The translations under genes and the position numbers were made by a program. From an uncultured Candidatus Rokubacteria bacterium (GTDB taxonomy: Bacteria > Methylomirabilota > Methylomirabilia > Rokubacteriales > CSP1-6): 64,000 nucleotides of DNA. A model generated the notes under the pieces. It ran no database searches. It was not told the DNA's origin and saw only the letters and a list, made by a program, of their open reading frames with translations. Where the stretch lies: contig CAVYTA010000001.1 of assembly GCA_963771355.1 (NCBI GenBank), forward strand, positions 64,001 through 128,000. The letters run 5' to 3'. Positions 51,003 to 61,636 of the stretch are shown one piece after another (within the stretch, counting starts at the first letter, position 1; each line of letters opens with the position of its first letter).

Positions 51003-51575
51003 GTGACGGCCACATCCCTTCCGCGCGATCAGACGGCGTACCGTCACCCGGTTGATGAGGTGGTGGCGACGCTCGACACGGACCCGGAGCGTCGGCTTGA
51101 GCCAGGGGGAGGCGCGCGCCCGGCTCGACCGCTACGGCAGGAACGAGCTGGACTGGGGAGAAGCCGGTCCCGGCGTGGCGGAAGTTTCTCGCCCAGTTCC
51201 ACGACGTGCTCGTCGTCTTCCTGCTCATCGCGACCGCGATCTCGGCCGGGCTGTGGCTCTACGAGCTCGGCTCCGCCTTGCCCTACGAGGCGATGGCGAT
51301 CCTTGCCGTCGTGCTGCTCAACGCGGTCATGGGCTACGTCCAGCAGTCACGAGCGGAGCAAGCGGTGGCGGCGTTACGGCAGATGTCGGCGGCGGACGCC
51401 CGTCCTGCAGGAGGATGGCGGACGCTGGACGGTGCAGGGCGACCCGACCGAGGGCGCGCTCGTCGTCGCCGCGCGGAAGGCCGGGCTGCAGGACGTGCGC
51501 TGCGCGGCGGTGGGAAGCTCGGCGCTGTGGCTCCGCGAGCTGAGCAAGATGGCATCGCGCTTCAGAGGGGCGTGA
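51003..51575 (+). pseudogene. Collapsed cation-transporting (Ca2+-type) P-type ATPase
   Basis: N-terminal GLSQGEARARLDRYGRNEL plus TM1-2 and QQSRAEQAVAAL, joined to GDPTEGAL and then a last-TM-like tail. DKTGT and TGES are missing. Confidence 0.8.
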
Positions 51576-51633
51576 GCAAGCAGCGCGCTCCACGCGGCGA
51601 GAGCTGAGAAGATGTCCCCTGGAGGAGTGAACA

Positions 51634-53997
51634 ATGGGTAGCGTGCTGTCACGAGACGAGCTCAGCGCCATCGATGCGTACTGGCGGGCGGCGAACTATC
51701 TCTCCGTCGGCCAGATCTACCTCCTGGACAACCCCCTGCTCCGGCAACCCCTCACGCCTGAGCACATCAAGCCCCGGCTGCTCGGTCACTGGGGCACGAC
51801 GCCGGGGCTGAACTTCATCTACGCGCACCTGAACCGGGCGATCAGGAAGTACGACCTCGACATGATCTACGTGTGCGGCCCCGGCCACGGCGGCCCGGGG
51901 ATGGTCGCCAACACGTATCTCGAGGGCACGTACAGCGAACTGTACGCGAGCATCTCGCAGGATGCCGAGGGGATGCGACGCCTCTTCAAGCAGTTCTCCT
52001 TCCCGGGCGGGATCCCGAGTCATGCCTCTCCCGAGACCCCCGGCTCGATCAACGAGGGCGGCGAGCTCGGCTACTCGCTGGCGCACGCCTACGGGGCTGC
52101 GTTCGACAACCCCGATCTGATCGTCGCGTGTGTGGTGGGGGACGGGGAGGCCGAGACCGGCGCTCTGGCGACGGCCTGGCACTCAAACAAGTTCCTCAAT
52201 CCCGCCACCGACGGCGCCGTCGTGCCGATCCTGCACCTGAATGGCTACAAGATCGCCGGTCCGACCGTCCTGGCCCGGATCGGCCGGCAGGAGCTCGAGA
52301 GCCTCCTGGTCGGCTACGGCCATGAGCCTCACTTCGTCGAGGGTACCGACCCCGAGGTCATGCACGAGCAGATGGCGGCGAGCTTGGACACCGTGATCGA
52401 ACGGATCCGCGCCATCCAGCAGGACGCGCGGGGCGGGGCCGGGGCCCGGCGGCCGCGCTGGCCCATGATCGTCCTGCAGACGCCCAAGGGCTGGACCGGT
52501 CCGAAGGAGGTCGACGGCAAGAAGACCGAGGGTTCCTGGCGGTCACACCAGGTGCCGCTCGCCGAAGTGGCCACGAACGAGGCGCACCGCCGGCAGCTCG
52601 AGCAGTGGATGAGGAGCTACCGGCCCGAGACCCTCTTCGACGAATCGGGCCGCCTCGTGCCGCAGATCGCCGCCCTGGCGCCGGTCGGATTACGGCGCAT
52701 GGGCGCCAATCCGCATGCCAACGGCGGCCTTCTCCTCAAGGATCTGATGATGCCGAACTTCCGCGACTTCGCGGTCGACGTCCCCAAGCCCGCAACTAAG
52801 TTCGCCGAGGCCACCCGGGTCCTCGGCGTCTTCCTGCGCGACGTCATGCGACTGAATCGCGATCGGCGAGACTTCCGTGTCTTCGGGCCCGACGAGACCG
52901 CCTCGAATCGCCTGGGCGCGCTGTTCGAGGTCACCGATCGTACGTGGCTGGCCGACCGGCGCGCGGAGGACGAGTCGCTCGGTCCCGACGGGCGCGTCAT
53001 GGAGATCCTGAGCGAGCACACCTGCCAGGGCTGGCTCGAGGGCTATCTCCTCAGCGGGCGTCACGGGTTCTTCTCGTGCTACGAGGCCTTCATCCACATC
53101 GTCGACTCGATGTTCAATCAGCACGCGAAGTGGCTGAAGGTGTGCAGGGAGATCTCCTGGCGCCGGCCGGTCGCGTCTCTCAACTACCTGCTCACGTCTC
53201 ATGTCTGGCGCCAGGACCACAACGGTTTCTCCCACCAGGATCCCGGCTTTCTTGACGTCGTCGTCAACAAGAAAGCCGACGTGATCCGCGTCTACCTGCC
53301 GCCGGACGCGAACACCCTGTTATCGGTCGCCGACCATTGCCTGCGGAGCCGGAACTACGTCAACGTCATCGTGGCCGGCAAGCAGCCCGGCCTCCAGTAC
53401 CTCGACATGGATGCCGCCATCAAACACTGCACGGCCGGCATCGGCATCTGGGAGTGGGCGAGCAACGACCGGGGGAGCGAGCCCGACGTCGTGATGGCCT
53501 GCGCGGGCGACGTGCCGACCCTTGAGACGCTCGCGGCGGTCTCGCTGCTGCGTCAGCATCTCCCGACGCTTAGGGTCCGGGTGATCAATGTCGTCAATCT
53601 CATGAAGCTCCAGCCGACGAGGGAGCACCCGCACGGGCTCTCCGATCGGGAGTTCGACACCCTGTTCACGACGGACAAGCCGATCATCTTCGCGTTCCAC
53701 GGCTACCCGTGGCTGATCCATCGTCTCACCTACCGGCGGACCAACCACCAGAACCTCCACGTGCGAGGCTACAAGGAGGAGGGCACCACGACGACGCCCT
53801 TCGACATGGTCGTGCTGAACGAGCTCGACCGGTTCCATCTGGTGGTGGACGTGATCGACCGCGTGCCGGGGCTGGGGACGACGGCCGCCTACGCCAAGCA
53901 GGCGATCCGCGACAAGCTCATCGAGCACCGGCAGTACATCGAGCGATACGGCGAGGACATGCCAGAGGTCCGCGAGTGGACGTGGAGCGGAGAATAA
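51634..53997 (+). CDS. xfp: Phosphoketolase
   Basis: [42 protein letters not shown]. Confidence 0.97.
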   Translation: MGSVLSRDELSAIDAYWRAANYLSVGQIYLLDNPLLRQPLTPEHIKPRLLGHWGTTPGLNFIYAHLNRAIRKYDLDMIYVCGPGHGGPGMVANTYLEGTYSELYASISQDAEGMRRLFKQFSFPGGIPSHASPETPGSINEGGELGYSLAHAYGAAFDNPDLIVACVVGDGEAETGALATAWHSNKFLNPATDGAVVPILHLNGYKIAGPTVLARIGRQELESLLVGYGHEPHFVEGTDPEVMHEQMAASLDTVIERIRAIQQDARGGAGARRPRWPMIVLQTPKGWTGPKEVDGKKTEGSWRSHQVPLAEVATNEAHRRQLEQWMRSYRPETLFDESGRLVPQIAALAPVGLRRMGANPHANGGLLLKDLMMPNFRDFAVDVPKPATKFAEATRVLGVFLRDVMRLNRDRRDFRVFGPDETASNRLGALFEVTDRTWLADRRAEDESLGPDGRVMEILSEHTCQGWLEGYLLSGRHGFFSCYEAFIHIVDSMFNQHAKWLKVCREISWRRPVASLNYLLTSHVWRQDHNGFSHQDPGFLDVVVNKKADVIRVYLPPDANTLLSVADHCLRSRNYVNVIVAGKQPGLQYLDMDAAIKHCTAGIGIWEWASNDRGSEPDVVMACAGDVPTLETLAAVSLLRQHLPTLRVRVINVVNLMKLQPTREHPHGLSDREFDTLFTTDKPIIFAFHGYPWLIHRLTYRRTNHQNLHVRGYKEEGTTTTPFDMVVLNELDRFHLVVDVIDRVPGLGTTAAYAKQAIRDKLIEHRQYIERYGEDMPEVREWTWSGE

Positions 53998-54010
53998 GGG
54001 ATGCCAGACG

Positions 54011-54661
54011 TCATGATGGAGGGTCGTCGACACCGCCGGGCGCCTTGTTCAGGCGCAACAGCCCCTCGAACCGTACTGACCGCGTCAGCCACGACGTGCT
54101 CGCACTCACCAGCAGCGCGACCACCGTCCCCACGGTGGCCGCGAGCATGTCGTGCTGGGCGTCCCAGGGATCCCCTTGCGCCCCGACGAAGGCGATGCCT
54201 AGATCGGGTCGCGCGAGTTGAGCCACCCCTGCTTCGATGATCTCCCAGGCACCGGCGAGGGCGAGCTGGGTCATGAAGGCCAGATAGAAGAGGAGCAGGC
54301 CCCGCGCGCCAGTCCGCCGACGGAACACTTCCAGCAGAGGATACGTGAGGCAGAGACCGAAGGCGAAGTGGACGACGCGGTCGAAGTCATTGCGCTCGAG
54401 CCCGAATGCCGTCTGGAGCCAATGGCCGAGGGGTACCTGCGAGTAGGTATAGTGGGCGCCCACGGTGTGCAAGACCAGAAAGCCGGCGATGAGCGCGTAT
54501 GAGACCGACGACAGGGGAAAAGCCCGCCTGCCGAAGACGAGGCCGCCGACAAAGGTCATGGGCAGGATGCTGGCCAGTACCCAGTTTCCTGGGTCCAACG
54601 GGGCGCGGCCCAGGGCCGCCCAGAAGACGAGATACCCTCCCAGCAACATGTTCGGACTCAT
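54011..54661 (-). CDS. DUF2238 (YjdF-like) membrane protein, copy 2
   Basis: HTVGAHYTYSQVP, RNDFDRVVHF, WEIIE, GAQGDPWDAQHDM. Confidence 0.85.
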   Translation of the reverse strand: MSPNMLLGGYLVFWAALGRAPLDPGNWVLASILPMTFVGGLVFGRRAFPLSSVSYALIAGFLVLHTVGAHYTYSQVPLGHWLQTAFGLERNDFDRVVHFAFGLCLTYPLLEVFRRRTGARGLLLFYLAFMTQLALAGAWEIIEAGVAQLARPDLGIAFVGAQGDPWDAQHDMLAATVGTVVALLVSASTSWLTRSVRFEGLLRLNKAPGGVDDPPS

Positions 54662-54669
54662 GGAGGATT

Positions 54670-55336
54670 CTATCCAGCAGGCGACGACCCCGCAACCGAT
54701 CGTGCTTCCGGCTTCCCCACCGCTGGAAGGCGGCCGCGATCGCGGTCGACAGAAGCGCGCCCAGGGCGGCCAGCGACATGTCCTTGTGCGCGTCCCACGG
54801 GTCCCCTTGCGCCCCGAGATAGGCGATGCCAAGCTCTCCGCCAAAGACCATGGCGGCGCCCCACTCGATCAGCTCGTACGTCGCCGAGCTCGACATAGTC
54901 AGGTCCATCGGGAGGAAATAGCCCCAGAAACCCCGAAGCGCCGTGGCGCGGACGAACGCCTCCCTGACCGGTTGGGTCAGGAGCAGGCCGTAGATGAAGT
55001 GCACGATGCGGTCGAAGTTATTCCGCTGCCAGCCGAGCGCCCCGTTGAGGCTCTTGCCGGTGATCGCGGTGAACCACGCGTCGTAAGGGACCTCGGAGTA
55101 CGTGTAGTGCGCTCCGACGGCGTGGAACGTGAGAAAGAGGAAGATCAGCGTATAGGACAGCCGAGACAGTGGGACGCGCCGTCGAGTAAGCGCGAGGAGG
55201 GCTACGGCGAGAGGGTGAGGACGTTTTCGAGGGCCCAATCCGCCCGGTGGCGGGGCGCGATGGCGAGGCCGAGCCAGACGAGCGCGAAGAGCGCCGCGAG
55301 GAGCGCGACATAGCGGCGCTCCGCGACGCCACCCAT
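54670..55336 (-). CDS. DUF2238 (YjdF-like) membrane protein, copy 1, apparent 1-nt frameshifts near 55213 and 54717
   Basis: DWALEN, HAVGAHYTYSEVP, RNNFDRIVHF, YELIEW, GAQGDPWDAHKDM. Confidence 0.8.
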
Positions 55337-55379
55337 GACAGGCATGAGAGCGCCAACGTACTCCCGGGCGAGCGAGACG

Positions 55380-55538
55380 TCAACGGTCTCGAGCGATGCT
55401 CGCCAGGACCGCCTCGTGCAGGAAGCCATTGGTCGCCATGATCCCATGCTCGTTGACCAGACTTGGGGCCCGATAGTCGATTGACATGAAGCCACCGAAA
55501 ACGACGCCGTCGGGCTTCACCACACCCGGATTTCGCAT
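55380..55538 (-). pseudogene. C-terminal fragment resembling CysQ/inositol monophosphatase
   Basis: My translation gives ...IDYRAPSLVNEHGIMATNGFLHEAVLASIARDR*, similar to the family C-terminus. The rest of the gene is absent. Confidence 0.45.
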
Positions 55539-55657
55539 GCGATACTGAACTCCCGGAAGCGCCAGTAGCGCAACCCCAAGGTCAGCGCGATGAGATCCGT
55601 CTTGTCGTCCATCTCCGCCAGCGCGACCACCACGAGCGAACTGATCAGGGGCATCAT
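55517..55657 (-). pseudogene. N-terminal fragment of a TMEM165/GDT1 (UPF0016) protein
   Basis: SLVVVALAEMDDKTDLIAL resembles the ExGDKT motif. Truncated after ~30 aa. Confidence 0.6.
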
Positions 55658-56955
55658 CGCTGCGCTCGCATCAGCCATCCTGCCGCCAGGCCGGTTGCAC
55701 ACAGCAACACTCCGAGGCCGATCGCCAGCGGCTCCAGCTGCGTCATCATGAAGGCCACCGACCCGAGCCCGAGCACCGGCAACACGGGAATGCCGCCCAC
55801 GGTCCCCGCGACCGCGAACGGGCGTGGCAGCTCCGGGCGCGTGCGCCGGAGAAGGATTACCGTCCCGTTCACCGCGAGAAACACGACATAGACCGCGAAA
55901 TCCGTCACCGCGGCGACCACGGCAAAATCGCCGAACAAGGCAAACGTTCCCGCGACCAGCGCCACCGCCACGATCGCGCGAATCGGGGTGCGCCGACGCT
56001 GATGGACGAACGCGAAGGAGCGTGGCATCGCCCCGGCCTTCGCCATCCCGTACATGACCCGCGACGCGGCGGTCACCACGAGGAGTGTGGTGTTGGTCGT
56101 CGTCATGACGGCGATCGCCGCCACGACGGTGGCACCTCGGTCTCCCAGCACGTGGGCCATCACATCGGCCAGCGGGCGCGGCGAAGCGGCGAGCGTGTCG
56201 GCGCCGAGCACGCTCACGGCGGCGACCGCCACGGCGATGTAGAGCCCGGTCGACAGCCCGAGCGCGAGCAGCAAGGCGCGGGGCACGGTCCGCGTCGGAT
56301 CGCGTGTTTCTTCTGCGAGCGTGATGACTTCATCGAACCCGATGAAGGCGAAGAACACGAGTGCCGCCGCCCCAAGCACACCTCCGACGCCATGCCCGGA
56401 CAGGAGATCTACGTCTCCGACATGGGGTACCCCTATGGCGATGACGAGCACCAGCCCGCCGACCTGGACCGCGCTCAAGGCGACCGTGAGCCGGGCGGAG
56501 TGCTTGACCCCCACCATCGCGATGGTGGACACCACGGTCAGAAGACCGAGGGCTGTCGCCCGCGCATCGATGTCCAGGAAGTAGCCCGCGTAACGCGCAA
56601 ACCCGATCGACACCGTAGCTGCAGCCACAACCAAGCCCATGATCATCGTCCAGCCAACGACGAACGCGACCCACTCCGGCATCGCCCGGCGCGTGTACTC
56701 GTATTCGCCCGCGGCGCTGGGGAACATCGAGCTGAGTTCGGCATAGCTGAGACCAGTCAGAGCGCTCAACACGGCAGCGACGAGAAACGCCAGCCAGACG
56801 AGCGGGCCCGCGTGTGCGGTGGCGGCGCCAAGCAAAACGTAGATCCCCGCCCCGATGATGATTCCCACGCCGCCGGCGGTGACTTCCATGAGGCCGAGCA
56901 CACGACGGAGCGACGTGGCAGGGTCGATGGGGTTCGGGCCGGCGCCGTTGGCCAT
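55654..56955 (-). CDS. APC family amino acid permease
   Basis: GIIIGAGIY, SYAELSSMFP.AAGEY, FFAFIGFD, AEETRDP. About 12 TM. Confidence 0.92.
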   Translation of the reverse strand: MANGAGPNPIDPATSLRRVLGLMEVTAGGVGIIIGAGIYVLLGAATAHAGPLVWLAFLVAAVLSALTGLSYAELSSMFPSAAGEYEYTRRAMPEWVAFVVGWTMIMGLVVAAATVSIGFARYAGYFLDIDARATALGLLTVVSTIAMVGVKHSARLTVALSAVQVGGLVLVIAIGVPHVGDVDLLSGHGVGGVLGAAALVFFAFIGFDEVITLAEETRDPTRTVPRALLLALGLSTGLYIAVAVAAVSVLGADTLAASPRPLADVMAHVLGDRGATVVAAIAVMTTTNTTLLVVTAASRVMYGMAKAGAMPRSFAFVHQRRRTPIRAIVAVALVAGTFALFGDFAVVAAVTDFAVYVVFLAVNGTVILLRRTRPELPRPFAVAGTVGGIPVLPVLGLGSVAFMMTQLEPLAIGLGVLLCATGLAAGWLMRAQR

Positions 56956-57031
56956 GAGCGTTGGTTCACACGATGCAGAGGCTGCCGGCGTAGATCAGCA
57001 CGTCGAAATCGTTCGTTTCATCGCGATCATC

Positions 57032-57340
57032 TTACCCGGCGAGATCACGTTTTCTGGCCTCGAACTCGTCGCGGTTGATCTCGCCCCGGGCATACCGCTC
57101 TCGCAAGATCTCGAGCGCCGTGTCCTTCCCCGGCGCTCGGCCCTGTGCGACGAGCCAGCGAATGCCGAGCACGGTGCCGGTGATCAAGATCGCCCAGAAT
57201 AACAGCATCATACCGAGACCCCAGACTCCCCACATCGGATGCATCCCCCAGTGCCACTCATAGACCCGCTCCTGCGCCCATGCCGAGCCCGGCACGAGAA
57301 GTATCGCCAGCAGCGGCAGCCGGATTCCTAGACGTTCCAT
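57032..57340 (-). CDS. SHOCT-domain membrane protein
   Basis: Signal peptide, HWGMHPMWG, a TM segment and ALEILRERYARGEINRDEF. Confidence 0.85.
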   Translation of the reverse strand: MERLGIRLPLLAILLVPGSAWAQERVYEWHWGMHPMWGVWGLGMMLLFWAILITGTVLGIRWLVAQGRAPGKDTALEILRERYARGEINRDEFEARKRDLAG

Positions 57341-57468
57341 GTATCCTCCGCCTCTCCTACCAGCGCCAGGTCCTTGCTCGGCAGCGGCCGCCGGCGAGTC
57401 ACTGCGCCGTTGTGCGGCATCAACGGCCCGGCGACTTCATGTGCTGTCTCTCTGAAAAAAACCGTCAG

Positions 57469-57484
57469 AGCAAGGGGGGTGCCA
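57469..57484 (-). promoter_or_regulatory. sigma-54 promoter (leftward)
   Basis: Minus strand TGGCACCCCCCTTGCT (GG-N10-GC). Confidence 0.72.
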
Positions 57485-57692
57485 TCACGAGGCCGGCGCC
57501 AGTGCCCTCGTAAGTGACCGAAACAGCGCGCGAGGGCCGGGACCCCTCTGCGCTCGCATTCTGCTCCGGCCTGCGCACATCGTCCGGCACTGCCCCACGT
57601 GGGACGATGCCTTCCCGACCCCAATGACAGTGCGCGCCAACCCGAACACGGCGCGGGCATGAAGCTCGACGGAGCCGGTAATCCGATTCGCG

Positions 57693-57810
57693 CGGGGCAC
57701 GGCTGCCCCGATAGGGGCTCGCCCCGCCTCACCTCGCGCCCCGCCTTAGCGCCGAGAAACTCTGAAGGGCCTGGAATCACTGCAGAACCCTTCCTGGCAT
57801 TACCATTGCT
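57693..57810 (+). promoter_or_regulatory. Palindromic enhancer (57693-57710) plus sigma-54 promoter (57795-57810)
   Basis: cggggcacggctgccccg lies 102 bp before TGGCATTACCATTGCT. Confidence 0.78.
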
Positions 57811-57875
57811 GTTCTTGTCTGGTGCCTGATCGGGCGAGAGAACCGAATCGCCTGCCCCTCGGACAAGGAGACTTC

Positions 57876-58664
57876 ATGTCGCTGAAGGACCTGCTCGTCA
57901 TCGCGGACAATGACCCGACCTACGCGGCCCGCCTCGACATCGCGCTCGCGCTGGCTGCCGAGCATCACGCACACCTGACAGGGCTGTACGTGATGCCGCC
58001 GCCCCTGAAGCCGATCCTCGAGCTTGAGGACGCGGCCCGACGGGCGGCGGCGGTCTTCGCCGAGCGTGCGGGACGGACCACGGTATCCACGGATTGGCGG
58101 GTCGCGGAGGGCGACATCGTGCGTGTGGCGAGCGAGCAGGCCCGCTATGCGGACCTGACCGTGCTCCCCCAGGGCATCGACCTCGGGTTCGCCTCCGCCG
58201 ACCTCGCGCGGCTGCCCCAGGAGCTGGCCCTCGGAGTGGGCCGTCCCGTGCTGGTCATCCCGCGCCATGGCTCGTTCCCCAAGGTGGGCGGCCGGGTGCT
58301 GGTGGCCTGGAACGGGAGCCGCGAGGCCACGCGGGCGGTCCACGACGCTCTGCCCTTGTTGCGCCGGGCCGAGCAGGTCACCGTTCTGTCGATCAATCCG
58401 GACGCCGCTGCGGAGCGCCGCCTGCCTGGTGCGCATGTCTCCCGGCACCTCACCCGTCATGGAGTGACCGTGCAGGCGACGCCGACCATCACCGGTGCCG
58501 ATGTCGCCGTCGGCGACCTCCTGCTCTCCTATGTCGCCGATCACGACATCGACCTCGTCGTGATGGGCGCCTACGGGCACACCCGACTGCGCGAGATGGT
58601 CCTCGGCGGGGCCACCCGGACGCTGCTCCGGCACATGACGGTGCCGGTGCTGATGTCGCATTGA
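57876..58664 (+). CDS. Universal stress protein (tandem type)
   Basis: GRPVLVIP, VAWNGSREATRA, DLVVMGAYGHTRLRE..GGAT. Confidence 0.93.
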   Translation: MSLKDLLVIADNDPTYAARLDIALALAAEHHAHLTGLYVMPPPLKPILELEDAARRAAAVFAERAGRTTVSTDWRVAEGDIVRVASEQARYADLTVLPQGIDLGFASADLARLPQELALGVGRPVLVIPRHGSFPKVGGRVLVAWNGSREATRAVHDALPLLRRAEQVTVLSINPDAAAERRLPGAHVSRHLTRHGVTVQATPTITGADVAVGDLLLSYVADHDIDLVVMGAYGHTRLREMVLGGATRTLLRHMTVPVLMSH

Positions 58665-58675
58665 GGGCGCGCCCG

Positions 58676-58920
58676 ATGGACGGAAGAGTGTTCTATCGCA
58701 TCGTCGTCGCGGTAGATTTCTCGCCGCCTTCCGAAGAGGCGTGGGATCATGCCAGGCGGCTGGCGGCCCTCTCGGACGCGGAGTTGATTCTTACCCACGT
58801 CGTGGCCGCGGCCCCTGGGTTTGTGGGCGGATCGCTCACGCGCACGCGGATCGCCGAGGTCCAGGCCTCGCTGCGCCGCTGGGCGGACGACAAGCTGACA
58901 AAGTGGACGGCCGGTGCTGT
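58676..58920 (+). pseudogene. Truncated universal stress protein
   Basis: RIVVAVDFSPPSEEA...LILTHVV is a USP N-terminus. The C-terminal G..G..GSV motif is absent and the sequence runs into the next promoter. Confidence 0.7.
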
Positions 58921-58953
58921 CGGTCCGCGCACTATCATGATGGGATGGTCACC

Positions 58954-58969
58954 CGGCACCTCGGTTGCA
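58954..58969 (+). promoter_or_regulatory. sigma-54 promoter
   Basis: CGGCACCTCGGTTGCA (GG-N10-GC), about 100 nt before ATG 59071. Confidence 0.65.
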
Positions 58970-59070
58970 CTTAGTATTCGTAGAGGTTGGGGGCCTGACG
59001 GTCGCTGCACCGGCTGGGACCCCCGAACGCGGGTGGATGATTGGCCGCCACCGGGCGCGGGAGAGTCATC

Positions 59071-59535
59071 ATGTTGGTCCAAGAGCTGAGCAGGCAGGAG
59101 AGTCTAGACCTGTTGGCGCACAGGCGTCTGGGGAGATTGGCGTGTGCCCAGGGGGCGCAACCCTATGTCGTGCCCGTCTACTTCGTTTATCACGAGCGAT
59201 CGCTCTATAGCTTTGCCACGGTCGGGCAAAAGATCGAGTGGATGCGCGCCAACCCGCTGGTCTGCGTCGAAACGGACGAGGTGGTGAGCCCGCAGCAGTG
59301 GGTGAGCGTCATCGTGTTCGGTCGCTACGAGGAGCTGCCGGATACGCCACAATGGCAGAGCGCACGCACACTCGCCCACACGCTGCTGAAGCAGACCGCC
59401 ATGTGGTGGGAGCCGGCCTACGTGAAGACGATTCACTGCGGTGCACAGCGTCCGCTGATACCGGTCTTCTACCGCATTCACATCGATCAAATTACCGGCC
59501 ACCGCGCCACCCCGGAGCCGGGCGGCATCGTCTGA
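59071..59535 (+). CDS. Pyridoxamine 5'-phosphate oxidase-like (NimA-like) flavin-binding protein
   Basis: GRLACA..QPYVVP, GQKIEWMRANPLVC, WVSVIVFG, ITG. Confidence 0.88.
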   Translation: MLVQELSRQESLDLLAHRRLGRLACAQGAQPYVVPVYFVYHERSLYSFATVGQKIEWMRANPLVCVETDEVVSPQQWVSVIVFGRYEELPDTPQWQSARTLAHTLLKQTAMWWEPAYVKTIHCGAQRPLIPVFYRIHIDQITGHRATPEPGGIV

Positions 59536-59586
59536 CGCTCGGTAGTCGGTGCTCGACTCGGGCGAGGCCGGCGGCTCCGCGCCGGA

Positions 59587-59691
59587 TGGGGCGGCGATGT
59601 CCCACCGGGGTGCCGGCTTCCCATTCCCCCTCGCGCTCTGCGAAGTAACCACGTGTGTTCGTTCACCTCTTCGGGTGGCATTTCCGTTGCA
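59587..59691 (+). promoter_or_regulatory. Palindromic enhancer (59587-59604) plus sigma-54 promoter (59676-59691)
   Basis: tggggcggcgatgtccca lies 89 bp before TGGCATTTCCGTTGCA. Confidence 0.78.
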
Positions 59692-59745
59692 CTCTTTCGT
59701 CGCCATGACCGGGCGACCAAGTTCAGGAAGCCGAGGAGGCCACCA

Positions 59746-60192
59746 ATGAGCCGAATTCGACGCGTGCTGCACCCCACCGATTTCTCCGGCGCCTCCGCCG
59801 CCGCCTTCGCGCGGGCCGTCGAAACGGCCAGGTCCAGCCGGGCCGAACTCTTGGTTGTCAATGTCATCCCGCCCACCTTTCTGCCGATCGGCAATGGATA
59901 TATCTCGCCTACGGTGTACGAGGACATGGAAGCCTCCGCGCGCGCCTATGCTCAGAAGCACCTGACGGCGTTGGTCGCCAAGGCAAAGAAAGCGGGCGTT
60001 CGCGCGAAGGGGCTGCTCATGGAGGGCCCGCCGCACGAGCGCATCGTGCAGGCGGCCCGCCGCAAACGGGCCGACCTCGTGGTGATCGGCACACACGGGC
60101 GGACCGGTCTTGCCAAGTTCTTTCTCGGGAGCGTTGCAAGCCGGGTGCTCGCCATCTCGCCGTGTCCTGTCCTGACGGTGCGCGGCAAATAG
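59746..60192 (+). CDS. Universal stress protein
   Basis: LHPTDFS, ADLVVIGTHGRTG...LGSVA, CPVLTV. RBS gaggagg. Confidence 0.95.
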   Translation: MSRIRRVLHPTDFSGASAAAFARAVETARSSRAELLVVNVIPPTFLPIGNGYISPTVYEDMEASARAYAQKHLTALVAKAKKAGVRAKGLLMEGPPHERIVQAARRKRADLVVIGTHGRTGLAKFFLGSVASRVLAISPCPVLTVRGK

Positions 60193-60241
60193 TCCCAAAC
60201 GACCCGGTACCGGGGTTTGGCTCCGGAGGAGGGAACGCACG

Positions 60242-60847
60242 ATGAACACACTCGATGACGTGCGCGAAGTACGAGAAGCTTCCACCGCTTCGCTGGTGGC
60301 GGTGATCGCGATCATGATCGCCAGCGCGCTCGGCTTCGTGCTGCTCACGGCGCCGCTCGCGAAGCTCATGGGTTCCGGCGGGGGCGCGCTGCCGGCGGCG
60401 ATTCACGGTCTCATGGCGTTCCTGTACCTCTTCGTCGGGACCATTGGCCTGTACCTCGGTTGGCGTCTCCTGACCGGACATATCCGGGCATTCGCCGACC
60501 TCCAGCTGCTGGCGGTGGTGGCCGCCACCTTCTCGTTTCTCGCCATCTGCTTCGGGAACTGGCTTTACATCTACTATCGGGCCCCGGTGTCGGATAGCCC
60601 ACGGTCCTACTTCGTCAAGAACATGCCCGAGGTGCACCGGATCTTCTTCGAGTTCAAGGAATTCAGCGCGTTGTTCACACTGCCGCTGGCGGTCTGCGCT
60701 GCGTTCATCCTGTGGCGATACGGAATCCAGACGCTCGAGCGCCCCTGGTTGCGCTACAGCGTGGCCGTGCTCATGGGGCTGGCCTTCTTCTATCTCGTGG
60801 TCGCCTTCGGTCTGGGCGCCGCGGTTACCAAGCTCCGACCTGCCTGA
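60242..60847 (+). CDS. Hypothetical membrane protein (~5 TM)
   Basis: RBS gaggg. Hydrophobic segments with AIHG, GNWLYIYYR and VHRIFFEFKE. Confidence 0.75.
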   Translation: MNTLDDVREVREASTASLVAVIAIMIASALGFVLLTAPLAKLMGSGGGALPAAIHGLMAFLYLFVGTIGLYLGWRLLTGHIRAFADLQLLAVVAATFSFLAICFGNWLYIYYRAPVSDSPRSYFVKNMPEVHRIFFEFKEFSALFTLPLAVCAAFILWRYGIQTLERPWLRYSVAVLMGLAFFYLVVAFGLGAAVTKLRPA

Positions 60848-60862
60848 CGGGGGAGGACGAAT

Positions 60863-61279
60863 ATGAGCCCGACAACGAGCACTGCCAAGCCGGACGAGAA
60901 GAACGTCGAAGTGGCCTGGACTCCGTCGACGCGCGAGCGCATCCCGGGAGGGATCGCGGTGGGGGCGTTGATGGCGGCCATGGTGGGGATGCTGACCCTC
61001 GCGGTGGTGAACGTTTTCACCGCTGGGTCGAAGGCCTTCAACGTCTGGGTCCATGAGGTGGGCAAGCTCTGGATGCCGGGCGCCGCAGGCATCGGGCCCT
61101 ACTCGGGCAAGGAGACGCTGGCGCTGGTGGCCTGGCTGGGCACCTGGCTGATCCTGCACTTCGCCCTGCGGAACAAAGATCTGGAGATCTCGCGCTGGTT
61201 CATCGTCTTCCTGGTGGGCGTGGGAATCGCCACCACTTTGATCTGGCCGCCGGTGTTCGAGTACCTGGCCGGACATTAA
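60863..61279 (+). CDS. Hypothetical membrane protein (3 TM)
   Basis: RBS ggagg. GIGPYSGKE loop and C-terminal WPPVF. Confidence 0.75.
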   Translation: MSPTTSTAKPDEKNVEVAWTPSTRERIPGGIAVGALMAAMVGMLTLAVVNVFTAGSKAFNVWVHEVGKLWMPGAAGIGPYSGKETLALVAWLGTWLILHFALRNKDLEISRWFIVFLVGVGIATTLIWPPVFEYLAGH

Positions 61280-61296
61280 CGAAGGGGAGGTATGTC

Positions 61297-61617
61297 ATGA
61301 AGCGTGTGATCGTGGGCCGTGCGATGGTTGGGCTTCTGGGGCTCGGGCTCGTCCTTGGTCCGACGCTGCCCGCGCGCTCCGGGCCCGGAATGGACGACGA
61401 GCGGATGGCCCAGATGATGAAGATGATGGGCGATATGCAAGAGCAGATGAAGGGGATGCGGCAGCAGATGCAGGGGATGGGCCCGATGCATGGGCGGATG
61501 GAGCACATGATGGGAGAGATGGGGCGGATGCGCGCCTTGATGGAGCAGCATCGCGGCCAGATGATGCAGCATTGCGCCGAGGGGAAACCCGCCCAGCCCC
61601 CCGTGCCGCACAAGTAG
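61297..61617 (+). CDS. Exported methionine-rich protein
   Basis: Signal-like N-terminus followed by 20 Met in 60 residues. Confidence 0.75.
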   Translation: MKRVIVGRAMVGLLGLGLVLGPTLPARSGPGMDDERMAQMMKMMGDMQEQMKGMRQQMQGMGPMHGRMEHMMGEMGRMRALMEQHRGQMMQHCAEGKPAQPPVPHK

Positions 61618-61636
61618 CCTGGCGCCGGAGGCGGAC

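Noticed and set aside
51550..51566. TGGCATCGCGCTTCAG as a sigma-54 promoter for xfp
   Set aside because: It lacks the -12 GC and lies within the ATPase remnant.
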